In this document: one piece after another, positions 48,550-60,606 of the stretch
Position numbering within the stretch: position 1 is the first letter of the stretch
Layout: every line of letters starts with the position of its first letter
Assembly (NCBI GenBank): GCA_030704615.1
Contig: CM060734.1
Location: 36,332,001 to 36,396,000, forward strand
DNA length: 64,000 bases
From: Takakia lepidozioides
Taxonomy: Eukaryota > Plantae > Bryophyta
Direction of reading: 5' to 3'
Position numbers and translations under genes: made by a program
Notes under the pieces: generated by a model
Seen by the model: only the letters and a program-made list of their open reading frames with translations
Told to the model about the DNA's origin: nothing
Database searches by the model: none

Positions 48550-49073
48550 GGCACCCCAGGTCTGTAACTTATGTGCTGCTATCAAACATCTATGCTGCAG
48601 CTGGCAGGTGGGATGATCTAGCAAAGGTGAGAAAAATGATGATAGACAGAGGTGTCAGAAAGGAGCGAGGGCAAAGCTGCATTGAGGTGGACAACCTGTT
48701 GCATACATTCGTTGTCGAAGACAAAGCACATCCCCAAATTCAGCAGATCCATGCTGAATTGGAGAGATTGTCTGTGTTGATGAGGGAGGCGGGATACGTG
48801 CCTGACACACGGTTTGTATTGCATAATGTGGAGGAGGAGCAGAAGGAATTCTCTCTGTGCCACCACAGTGAGAAATTGGCCATTGCTTTTGGGCTCATTA
48901 ATACACCCTGTGAGAAACCTATATGCATTATCAAGAACCTTTGGGTCTGTGGTGACTGCCACACTGCGACCAAGTTCATCTCAAAGATTGTTAGGCGAGA
49001 GATTGTTGTGCGGGATGCCAACCGCTTTCACCATTTCCAAGATGGAGTCTGTTCTTGTGGGGATTATTGGTGA
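48550..49073 (+). pseudogene. 5'-truncated E/DYW domain fragment
   Basis: [15 protein letters not shown]...HSEKLA...CGDCH...CSCGDYW*. No PPR repeats upstream. Confidence 0.85.
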
Positions 49074-49244
49074 AACAAGCATCAGGAATGAAGCATGTCA
49101 CCTCACAATTGGAGGGCTTAAATTGTAATAATATAAGAAGTTTTGTAAGCATGTAAAGCTGAGTGGAAAGACACTTGTTATTGATGTGAGGTTGAGTATA
49201 GCACATTTTCAAGATCACCAGACATCATCATTGCTGTCGAACAG

Positions 49245-49430
49245 GCTATGAAATACCCTACATAGCCCGGCCTATGTAGGGTATTGACCTAGGTATTGGA
49301 ATTGCCAATATCAGCCTGTTCGGTTATTAACCCTAGTATTACAACAGCCAATACCAGCCGGGTCGGTTATTTGATACCTGGGTTGATACTCTAGTTGATA
49401 CCCGGCCAGGCCCTGTATACCAGTCCAACA
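49245..49430. repeat. MITE-like remnant with AATACC/GGTATT motifs
   Basis: Palindrome aataccctacatag-N6-ctatgtagggtatt at 49252-49285 plus repeated related motifs. Confidence 0.4.
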
Positions 49431-49996
49431 CTGGTTCTAACTTGGTCCACCCCCTCCTCTGCAGAAGGCAAACGAAACACAGACCATGCTCCTCTATCCT
49501 CCCTCATTTTGTTCCATCTGGCTCTTGGACAATGTAGATACAGTCAGGCTTTGACGTCCCAGTTGCCCAGGACGCCCCCGTTCCATGGGAACACAGCCAT
49601 GACATTGATCCATCCTCCGAGCTCAGGCATCTAGAAAAAATTACTTCAGCCACAACTGAACTAGAGTACCAGGACAGACTTTTGCTAGGCTATAGTATAG
49701 CATGCATATTGAGGTACAGGGGTACAGGGACAAGTGGATCCCCCACCTCCCCCTCCCTCTCTTCTGCTGTGTGTGTGAGATAACCATTCTAACATAATTG
49801 GGGTTTTTCCTTGTGAGGGTTTTGTACTTCACCCAACTTGCAGGGTAACGTTTTCCCTCACAGGGTTTTTCATCCCCACATGTGGATGATTCCCCTCATG
49901 GGGATGATTCTTTTTGCCCTTGCTGACTGATGGCGTGGGCAAGCTTTACAAATGTGAAGCCCCACCTTGAAATGGATTCCTTCTGTCACCACTGTG

Positions 49997-50058
49997 TAAA
50001 ATAAAAGACAGCCAACTATAACATGCCCCAACGGTTCAGTTGGCTGTCTTTTATTTTA
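49997..50058. repeat. Perfect 21-bp stem, 20-nt loop hairpin
   Basis: taaaataaaagacagccaact / agttggctgtcttttatttta. Confidence 0.8.
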
Positions 50059-51179
50059 GTGAATGGATTCGTCTCTTGTTAACAATAACCCCCTCACCAA
50101 GCTGGCGCTGATGTGTGATGAGGGAATGTTGCAATCGATGGAGCCTATAAGGGTTGACCGACCACCTGGCTGATGAGATTAGCATGATTTACATATATAA
50201 TTGAAGGGGGACGGGGGCTCTCCCTGTGTGGTTTTGGTGTGCTTAACTGTGTACACGAATGTGGTTGTTGGTGGATGTAAAGTGGTGATGCCGCATTCTA
50301 CACTGTGAGTGGAGGCTGGGTCGGCATGCTCTAGAGTAAGATTCCCCACATCAGGCCAGGCTAGTTTTTCCCAGGCCCATCCCCTCGGAAGAACTAAAAG
50401 CCTGTGGAGGAGGGAGGATATTCCAGGCATAGATAAGCTTTACAGTTCCTGGGGCAGCCTAAGCCATAAAGGTGCCGGGTGGGTAGAGAACATGGGCTGG
50501 TGAAAGGTTGAACCGGAGCAACGGTTCTCAAAGGGTTCTGCCCCAATGGCGGTGTCCACAAGCCCACATGCTGAACGAGCAGAGGCGGGCGAAAAGGTCT
50601 CAAAACCTGCTAGGTACAAGGGCTAGAGTAGGAAATATCGGCTGCATGCTAAAATGTAGGTTGGGCTAGGAAGTACCAAGATAGCCTAAAATATTTCCTG
50701 ATTGGATTGAAAGTTTTTCTATAACAACCTTTGCATGCCAGGATGACATGGACCACATCGATTGTAATTGGATGGTAGATTTGTCCTACGTAATTTTCAC
50801 AGCCCGAATGTTGGCCTGCCCGCTGTAAATTGGTTTTTTGACCCCCAACTTGAGATTACAAAGCAGCCCAAGCGAAAAGGAAATTTCAAGGAAGACGTAT
50901 TATCCGGAGGCGTATTTATCATGTGAGGTACACAATTCCCAAGATTCTCATATCAGGCGATGAAGGCATTGCCCAAAATTTGCAAGTAGTTTGGCTTTTT
51001 ATGCTCTTCATTTCCAGGAAGGAGTCGTTTTGGGCCACATCTGAATATTATAATCTTCGAATCTGGCAGTTGGACCTCAAACTTGGTAGGTGGGCAGTAA
51101 ATTCAACGGTCACTTTTATAGGGACTCAGAAATCTTGGAGATAAAAAAGAATTAGTGGGCCAAGACAGTTAAGGGTTAA

Positions 51180-53343
51180 GGGCCCTGATTTGTGAGCTGT
51201 CGCTCCCAGGAGTTTCTCTTTAGAAAGAAAAGAAAAAAGACAAAGAGACTTGAATATTTTATCAAACTTGATACGTGGGATGGTCACCGTCTCGTACCTT
51301 TTTTTGTTTTCTTTCTCAAGATTGGATCGAACACAGTGCTTGGGTGATTCCGCAGCAGCTCCTGAAGGAGTTGTGGTCCAATCGGGCTGCTGAAGGTATA
51401 ATGGCTGTTCGCTTAGCAAAGGCAGTGCCCATGGTGGCACTGGGAGTGTCCACATGGTATGTGCTTTTCAAAGATTCAGAAGAAGCTATGGCTGGGTTTG
51501 GGAAAGACTGTCCTGGGATAGTCTCCTACAGCTGGCGGTTAGGAACTGAACGAGTTGATAGATTCATATGCATACTGGTTCTGTTTTTTGAGAAGACGAT
51601 TGCCAGTCACGAAGGACAGTGGATTACCGGTTATATCATGACGCTGTTTATGTCAGTGTTTGCGTTCATGGCGGTAGAGGGGTCTCGCTACAGGTCCGGG
51701 TGGGTGCTCTCCCTCACCCCATTATTCGCTCTCCTCTTTCAAGTTCTGGGAATCTCGGTGGTGGTGCCCGCAGCCTGGCTACCCGTGTACTTTCTTTACG
51801 GCTCTGGAGATCGTTCAGTTGAGCAAATATGGACTAGGAAAATTTCGGTGCAGCGCGTGGTGGCCATAGCCTTCTTCTTGCTATTTGTTCAAATCACCAT
51901 CTTGGGCATGTTCTTCCCCTTTGAGAGACTGGGGACTGAGATCGCAATATTGGGTTTTCAATTCTCGCCCGTGCTGGTCCCATTTCTCTGGTTACCTTTC
52001 AGGACCACCGAAAAAACCATGATAATGCGCGGACATAAGGGAGTCATCGCTCTCCATCTCCTCCAAGCTGGAGCAGGTCTAGTCTGGCAATTGACTGCAA
52101 TTCTGTATGGGGTGCGAGAGCCAGAACTGCCTTGGAAGGTCATCCAGATCCTGCTTTCGTACAAGACACATGAATGGGTCCTCTACTTTCTAATTGTTGA
52201 TGCACTGGTTCTCTTTCTCGCATTTTCTTACTTATCAGTAGTGGAAGATGGGATTCTCGTGGGTTTGTTAGTGACTTTGGGGGCGGTGGCTCTGGGGCCC
52301 TCGTTTGCCCTATCTGCTTATTTCGTGTATAGAGAACAGCGAATATCTGAGGCCGTGGTCCAGTTCAATCGGAAAAAGAGTAAATGAAGGGCTTCAAAGT
52401 GATCAATTCCGATATGTATCAAACAAGTCTCTGTGTATAAGTGCTTCCAAGCTTGAAAGACTAATTTCCATGAATAAAGTTTTGGAGGATGTGCGGCCCG
52501 TAGAGATGGAATGAACTTTCAATGGCCACCGAAAACGTAAAAGAAACAAAGAGGGCACTAGAAAACGAGGTTTGAAGTGTGGAGTTCCATTTCCCAGCAA
52601 AGGAGACCATAGTCAAATCCGACACATTCTATACATGCTAACAGCCTTGGCGAAACTGACACTCAGCTTGCACCATGGAAGAATGGTGCAAAGTCAGGCA
52701 TCTTGATGTGGTTATGCCTATGAAATTACCGTTGCACCATTGGGGCTCGGGAGGTATGCGGGTGGCAAGCAAGAGAAGTAAGTATAGCCGCGAGGGTTGG
52801 AGGTGCCTTTAGGACCAGTTTGCTACAAATGGGTCCAAGTCTTGGTCTAAAGTGGCCCTTATAGCAAACCTACATGAGGGGACTATACAAGCCGGCCTTT
52901 AGTAGCCCTCACCGTGGCACGTCCTAGCACCGTGTGCCTAATATGTAAGGCTAGGGCCACTTTAATATTATTTGTATCTATGGGATATGTATCAATAGTT
53001 AAATGTACGAATAAATTTCAACAGTGGATATTAGATAATGCACATACTGTCGTGTGTGGGACAAAGATTTTTTTTTTAATTGTTTTTAAACATTTAAGAA
53101 AAATTCAAGAAAACTAATGATCAGTAGAAATGCTAGTTTTTCTAGGATATGGGGATGGATGTGCGATTGCAATTCGCATTAATATTGAGTTCTGTGCATA
53201 CATTTTCAACGACATAGAGAAGAAGTAAAAAAAAAAGAAAAAAAGAAAAAGAAGAAGTCATGTTCAGATATATTTCTATTTCTTTTTCTTTTTTTAATAG
53301 AAAAGGGAAACACCTGAGAGCGACAGCTCACAAATCAGGCCCC
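51180..53343. mobile_element. 2.16-kb non-autonomous TIR element with TTAA target duplication, carrying a gene
   Basis: TTAA (51176-51179) then gggccctgatttgtgagctgtcgctcccagg...; right end ...cctgagagcgacagctcacaaatcaggcccc then TTAA (53344-53347). Confidence 0.85.
51401..52387 (+). CDS. Intronless multi-pass membrane protein (328 aa), resembling fungal CtvD/AurD-like membrane proteins
   Basis: Uninterrupted ORF with about 8 hydrophobic segments. Motifs VEGSR...PLFALLFQVLGISVVVP and ALGPSFALSAYFVYRE. Family call is from recalled motifs only. Confidence 0.75.
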   Translation: MAVRLAKAVPMVALGVSTWYVLFKDSEEAMAGFGKDCPGIVSYSWRLGTERVDRFICILVLFFEKTIASHEGQWITGYIMTLFMSVFAFMAVEGSRYRSGWVLSLTPLFALLFQVLGISVVVPAAWLPVYFLYGSGDRSVEQIWTRKISVQRVVAIAFFLLFVQITILGMFFPFERLGTEIAILGFQFSPVLVPFLWLPFRTTEKTMIMRGHKGVIALHLLQAGAGLVWQLTAILYGVREPELPWKVIQILLSYKTHEWVLYFLIVDALVLFLAFSYLSVVEDGILVGLLVTLGAVALGPSFALSAYFVYREQRISEAVVQFNRKKSK

Positions 53344-54268
53344 TTAATAGTGAGAGGAGAAAATAACGTCTTTCACAGTAACCGCGCCATGGAGGCGTAT
53401 GAGTGAGACACCGCCAGGACTACATGACAAAGACTATGTTTCTTGGCAACTTGACATTGATGAATGACATTGTAATATGATGAATTTTGCATGAGAAAAA
53501 TGACCATAAAGTTTGATGATTGGATGAATTGATGACCACAAAACATATATAAGTATATAGTATCTTAAAATTTATGAGCAATTTTTTTTGTTTCAATATG
53601 TGACGTCATATTTCGAAAAAGCGGCTTCCGCAGAAATATAAATGTCTATACTATCTATAAATTAGTGGGCTGTGAAGCCAGATTCCCGCTCCACTAGTGA
53701 TTCATCTTCCTCAATAGTGAAAGCTAGGTAAGTAGCTCAAGAAAGTGTGCTAGCACCACCAAAAGACTTTCGACATCCTATCTTGAATCTTCATGACTAC
53801 GCCTCAACAACTCCGTCGAACTCTCAAACCCATCATTCATCCACGCATGGATACATCAATTGAAGACCAAAAGACACGTCTGGAGAGCCCAAGCTCCTAG
53901 GTTTAAATAGAAATCCTAATCCTCAGTAGACCAGTTAGTTGGCAAGTGTCCATTGGTTTCCTGAATCTCCAACCAAGTGCCATAATAGATAAGCTCCCAA
54001 TAAGGCCAACTCTTAAATGAACAACCTGGTATGCCAATAGTGTTTAGTGCCAAGTAATCCAACACTCAACCTATCATCCATTCATGAGGAATAAGAATCA
54101 GACCCTTCATAGGGCTCAAATAGTAAATAGTCATAAATTCTATAAAAGCCAAAAATCTCGAAAACAAAAACCATTAAATGTGACAAAACCCATGAAGAAA
54201 TGGCTGGAAAAAAAATCAATACTAGAATCAATTCTAAATAACATCCACAGGCTTCTTTGACGCAACTC

Positions 54269-54292
54269 ATATATATATATATATATATATAT
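54269..54292. repeat. (AT)n microsatellite at the LINE 3' end
   Basis: About 12 AT units. Confidence 0.95.
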
Positions 54293-54771
54293 TGAGAACA
54301 GGGGTCTGGCCTTGGAAGCTTTATTTGGAATTATTGAAGGGAAAAAAATTAAAAACCCTTAGAGTGCCACAAGGCTGCCATGAGGCTGATCGCACGGAGA
54401 CCATGCCGGATGACTGAGAACAGTATCTGAGAGCCCTTTTCCTGGGCTAGTGACTACCACCTAAAATCAGAGGCTTATGTCCTAAAATATAGAGTTAACA
54501 CTCTTTAATAAAGCGGAGTTACAACCGTTTGAGGGAGAGACAAAAGCCACGTCGAGTTGAACGTGGACTTAACCAAGACTTGAGGGAAATAGGGTTGGAG
54601 CCCTATGGTGATGAGTGAGGGAGAACAGAACGGCGTGCCGCGGGATGAGAGGCGAGGCAGGGTTGTCAGGAGGTGGAGTAGCATGCAGCGAAGAAAATCT
54701 AGCGATGGAAGTGGAGCCTTGCTGCTGAAGACGATTGAGCTTGCTTCCAGTTGATCTCGGATCTGTCAAAT

Positions 54772-57700
54772 TCAGGGGAGGCTGAAGAGGGGATTTCTGT
54801 GTCCCTCCCATGAATGTGGAATTTTATCTGCCCAAAGACAGGTGAGGTCACTGGAGCATGTGCAAATGAGCCCATTGTGGCCCCAGGTAGCCCTGAAAGT
54901 AGCGATGAGTGCTGGCATACGCTCTGGTTTCTTGGTTGCCACTGCCCACAGGGAGGCCCAAGCCTTTTTAGCTGCAATTGTCAAGTCAAAGAAAACCAGA
55001 GACGTAGTATCTGTTGCAGAGGTGTTTTCTTTGTTGAGGGTCCAGGCACACCGACTCTTCCATATGTTCCAGAGGACTGACCATCTGAGGGCTTCAAACA
55101 TTGGACAATCAGAAGCCTTAGTCTTTTGCCCCTGATTGTAGTTGAGAAGGATGTCTAAGGATCCAAATCTTAAGGTGTCCCAAGATGTGTAGAAGCCTCG
55201 AGCCAGAGGCCAGACAATTGAGGGCACCAGACAATGGAGAAGACAATGCTCTAAAGATTCAATGGTTTGATTGTCACAGCACTGGCAGATGATTGCTTCA
55301 TTGAATTTGAGGAATTGGCCCACCTTGAGCACCCTATTGGCCACTTGCCATAAGAAAGCACTTATCTTTGCCAGCTTTGTTTACTCCCAGACCAGAGACC
55401 AAATACCTTTCCAGTCTTCCTGGTTGAAGTTCTCGTGACTCCATCTGCTTTCCCATTTAGCAATGAGAGGTCTGGCACCCAACATGGCTCTATAGCCCTT
55501 TTTGGCTGAATAGGAAAATAGTGGGTGTAGTTCATCCTGAAAGGCCCATTCCCATTCAGATGGGTCCAACTGTAGCGAAGTAATGCTAGAGTTTCCGAAG
55601 AGGATAAAGTTCTCCTTACTCAGCCACGCGAGTGTGTTTGTCCCAGTAGGCTTTGAAGGGTTGAATGTCTTTGTCGGGGACGAAAACTGGCAAATTCTCA
55701 CTGGGCTGGTATTGGAAGCTGGGAGTGATATGGGTTCCTGGCTGGTGAGAGAAAGGTGTCCAGAAAGCTCATCTGCTTGGAAGGAAAACCCCTTGAGCAG
55801 GATCTGGCCAACTTCTGAAATATATAGAATTTGTAGAGTCTGTGAGTTATTCATAACCCACTGATTGGCTTGAACGAGTCCTGGGCCAGCTTTTAGAATG
55901 AGTTTCCATGGATCTGGGATCGATTGAATGACGAGGGAGATTCCAGATTGAAGACGGTTGGCCCCCAGAGCCTGGTAGAGAGATTGAGGTGTGCTTTCCC
56001 ATAAATCGAAAATCGTGGAGATTCCTCTGGTCTCCCAGCCTGCCCATCTTTTGGCTGAAGCTCGGTCCGCCGCCGAGAGGTCTGGATTGTTGAGGAAAAG
56101 GTGATGCCGAAGGGTTTCATGGAAGGTTTTAGGCTCAAGTTTCCTCAAGAATGGCCTAAGGCAGTTCCAGGAATTCCAGATTGATGTCCAGAAAGGGGAG
56201 CCCAATGATTTATGTTTAAAGCCCTGAAGAAGTCAGCGACTTGAAGCCAGCCATTGCACCCGTTGCAGAGGAGTGGAGGAGGATATTGTGGTGGAGACCA
56301 TCCAACAGCCTCCGTTCGGCCCCATGAATCTTGGAATCCATTTTCCAAGGAGAGCCTTGATTTGCGTAGCTGGGTCAAGAACACCCAAGCCCCCATCTTT
56401 TCTGGCAGGCAGATTTGGGCCCAGGACACCTGAGGTCTTTTGTTTTGGGTTGAGTTTGCAGCTCCCCAGATGAAGTTCCTAATTAGCTTTTTTGATTTCC
56501 TTGAGAAATTTTGAATGAGGGCCCCAGGTTGAAGCAAAGTACCAAATACTTGCTAAAATAATCTGGTTGGCTACCAATGCCCTTCCTGTGATAGATAGGT
56601 GACACGACCCCTAGTAGGCTAGGTGACGCTTCAACTTTTGAATTGTGGGCTCCATCCTTTGTTCCTTAGTGAGATTGATGCCGAAATTGAATTGTGCCCT
56701 AATAGTGTGGTAGGCTCACCTTCTTTAAGCCAATGCAGGCCCAAGTGCTGCCCCCAGGTGGGAGTTGTCCCAATCTCGGATTTCGAGCGGTCCCCTAGTA
56801 ACAAGGCTTTAGTTTTGGACCAATTGATTCTGAACCCAGAGACACTGCAGAAGTGGTTGAGCATGTCTTGTGCCGCTTCTAGCGAGGGGCTATTGGCCTG
56901 GACAAGCAAGAAGGTATCATCAACAAACATTGCGTCCTTGACTTCCTTCCAGGTGTTGGTTCTTGGGGTTTGAAGCTGTAGGCCTTTCACCTGAGGGTTG
57001 CTGTCTAACATGTGCCCGAGAGCATCTGCCACAAACAAGAAGAGAAAGGGTGCCAGAGGGCAGCCCTGCCTTACCGACCTCTGGAGCTGGAAGGGTTTGG
57101 AGAGATGCCCATTAACTATGACTCTGCTTGTTGTCCCTTGCAGCAAAATCTGAACCCACTGGCAGAAGCCATGGGAGATGCCTGATTTGCGGAGTACTGC
57201 CATAAGGAAGGACTAGTCTACTTTGTCAAATGCTTTCTCGAAGTCTAGTAGCCAAAGGGCCAATGATTGCCCTGTCTTGCTTGCGTAGATATTAGCTTCC
57301 TAAGCTAACAGGACATTGTCTAGGATGTACCTTCGTTTGACGTAGCCTCCCTGACCCGATCTAATCATTGAAGGGAGAAGTGGTTGGATGCGGATGGCTA
57401 GGGCCTACGTTAAGAAGAGTGATTGGCCTGTAGTTGTTGAGGTTAGCACTATCTCCTTTTTTGAAGAGCAAGGTGATCACTCCCTGATTCATAGCTTCAG
57501 GCATGAAGCCTTTGTGCCTTGATGGCGTTTGCCATATCCGAGAAGTCCTTGACAATGGTCGACCACAAGGATTTTGTAAAATTCCACTGGCATCCCATCA
57601 ATGCCTGGCGCTTTGTTGTTGTTCATGGCTTTGAGGGCGATATGAAGCTCCTCAGGGGTGAGTTGTTCCTCCAGATTTGCTGAGTCTGCTGGTCGCATAG

Positions 57701-59059
57701 TTGTGGGGATAGTTTGAAGGCATTCCTCAAGCCTGACCGGGTAGAGAGCCTCTAGGATCTGCCTGAACAAGGAAGCAAAGTGGTTGAAGGCTAAGGCTCC
57801 CATCTGTTTGGGGTTGGATGATGCGACTCCTGGTATGTCTGTGTAAAGCTGCGAGATGGCTTGGCTTGCTCTACGGAGCTTCAACTTCTGGAAGAAGTAT
57901 TTGGTCATTTTCTCTCCCTTGGATGACCTGTTGATCCCTGCTTGCATCTTAATTTTTTGTTCATGAGTAAGAAGGTGGACATCCATGTTGTGCCTAGCTT
58001 CTAGGTAGGTTTGGTAGGTGTGGGCATCGCAGGAACCGGATTCTAGCTTCTTTTGGCAAATACTAAGGCACTTTTTGAGAGCCAGAGTTTTCCTTTTTTT
58101 TGCGGCTGTCAGATCTCGACTGAGCTCTTGACTGACTTTGCAGGTGGCAGCTAGCTTGGCCTAGAATCTTCGAATAGGACAAGGTATGTCAATTGCAGCC
58201 AATTGCCAGGCAGACTTTAGAGCATCGGTATATGCGGATAGCCGGAGGTAGGAAGAGTTGAGTCTGAAGATCCCTCTCTCCTCTGGGGTGGGAGAAGGGC
58301 AATTTAAGAGTAGCTGAGATTAGGGCGTGATCAAAACCTAGGGGGATAGGGTCCTGCGGGTCTTAGGAGGCAGCAGGGGATAGAAAAATGGAGGTGTAGA
58401 ATCTATCAAGTCTGGCCATGCTAAGATCATTGAAATCTCTCTTGTTTGTCCAGGTGAAGAAGGGATTGGAGCCAGCTGGGTTGTTGGGAGGTCCTTCCAT
58501 TTCGGTGAGGCTATGTGTCTGGGTTAGAGTGAGCCATGAAAGTTCCTCCTCCAGGCTGAGGCGATTGGTACCTCTACCCAGTCTGTCCCCTTCATTCTCT
58601 ACCATGTTGAAGTCGCTTGCAATCACCCATTTACTGATGTCTTTTTGGTTTGACATGAGATTGGTTAATTTGTTCCAGAGAGCAGCTCTTTCGAGCGAGT
58701 CATTGGAAGCATAAATGTTAATAAAGCCTATGGGTTCTGAGTTGTTGGGGAAGGGAGCAGAATTGGGCTCTAATGGTTTCCCAAATCTCATCTTTGACTA
58801 GGAACTGGAAGAGGGTTGGGGAGAGGAGGATGGCCGTCCCGCCCCAAGTCCCTTCTAAAGAATGTTTCTAGAGGCAGAGGGCTTAGGCCATAATTGATTG
58901 GTGAGTTTAAGGATTTTGCAGTGACATAGCTTGTGCTCTTGGAGGAAAACTATTGCTTGAGTGGGGATGAGGGGGGCGAGCCGAGAGCTTGACTTTTTTC
59001 AGGGCCATTTGGTCAGAGCCCAAGCTCCTAATGTTCCAGGAGGATATGCTAACCTGCAT
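54772..59059 (-). pseudogene. L1 ORF2 (AP endonuclease, reverse transcriptase, zf-RVT), multiple stops and frameshifts
   Basis: SWNIRSLG, NIYASN, SDFN, RLDRFY; KAPGIDG, NYRPITLLN, LDFEKAFD, VRQGCPLAP, FVDD; CQCC..ESLEHCLLHC. Confidence 0.92.
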
Positions 59060-60606
59060 CAAGGGATGGGGACAGGCTGAGGGGTTGAGACTCAAATGAT
59101 GGCCTGGATGGTAGAAAGCGGAACCTTGTTCTCTTGTCCGAGGGGACGAGGGAGGGACACCAAGAGAGGCTTGGGGGATTGGGTGGGGTGGGGTGAATGA
59201 GTTTAACAAATAGGACTAGGGTGTTAGTTTGACTCTCAAGGGGATTTCCTGTAATGTCAAGGGGGATGAATCTCAGTGAGCTTTGGAGGGAGGTTTTGAA
59301 CGATACAGGGGAGGGGAGCGGTGTGGACCCAGCTTGCAGTATTTTGGATAGCAGGTGTGGGGGCGGGGGGTAGGGGATCGAGGGCAGTATCTTCCAAGCT
59401 TTGTGTCTTAGTGGAGGGGAGAGGGAGCCTGAATGACGACATAGGATTTTGCAATTCTTGTTGGTAATGGGTTCAGCTGAGAAACAAAGGAGGGGAATGG
59501 AGTGGGAGTGCAGTAGGGGACTTACAGGGCCAGATGGAGAAGAGAAGGGTGCAGGCGTTGGGGAAGGCAGCTGAGATGACACGTGGAGGCGGGGCTTGAG
59601 GGGCTATTGTGAATCCACCGGCGAGTGCTGCGTGAAGAATTGCGAGATCTGCACTTCGGAGGAGCTAGAGGTTGACAGAGAGCCTTTGGGGTCATAATTT
59701 GGCTTGTTGACGTCTTCAATGCGCTTTCGTTCTATCTCTTCATTCTGGTCTTCAAGCTCCAAATCCAGTATGGCATTGAGAACCGTGAACGCGTAGCCCA
59801 AGGTGTCTTTGGCTCTGGTCAGGGCCTTGCTTGGGATGCAAGGACCGTCAAAGTGATCCTGCTCAGCCCAGACTCCTGGAAGAGTGTTACCGTTGGAGTT
59901 TAGGAGATCCTCATCCATTAGAGCCAATATGTTGGTATTGGGAGAAAGGTCCTGACACAAGCCACGGAAGGCTTCTATGTAAGAGCCCTAAGTGACCAAC
60001 GAGTGAGAGAGAAGAGAGTAGAGGGGGAGGTTGTTTTTGAGATAAGCATGAATTTTGTTGCATAAGGTGGGAATGGGGGAATTGTCCATAGGGCATTTGG
60101 ACAGGAAGGATTGAATGTCTTGCATTGAGATCCAAATAGAGTCAAAGCTCATGTTGTCCCTAGCAGTGATGAGAAATGTTGGATTGGGCTTCCTTCTAAA
60201 GATCAGTGGGGTAAGGCAAGTGGCAGCCGGCTCCCCCTTAGATGATAGCTGTGAGCAACCTGCCAATGGTAGGTTAGGGAAGGAGCCAAGAGTGGCACAG
60301 ATTTTCGCTATTGTGGGTTGTGTGCCACCAGGGAAGATCGGAGAAGTTGTGCTGGAACCTGGTCGACTGGAGGCTTGATGTGGATGTCAGGGCATACTTT
60401 CCCCTTGCCTTTCGCCTGTTCTAATTCCCAAGAGATGATTTGGGGTATTGGGAGTGGGGTTGGTGCCTCTGGAAGGGATGCTGGAAGATGTGCTTTGAGA
60501 ATGCTTGATGAAGATGAGCCTTGGATACTTGCCGCCTCGAATTCTGGGTTGAGTGGTCCTAAGCCTTTCCTTACTTTAGAAGCCGATGTTAAGGTAGCTT
60601 CCACAA

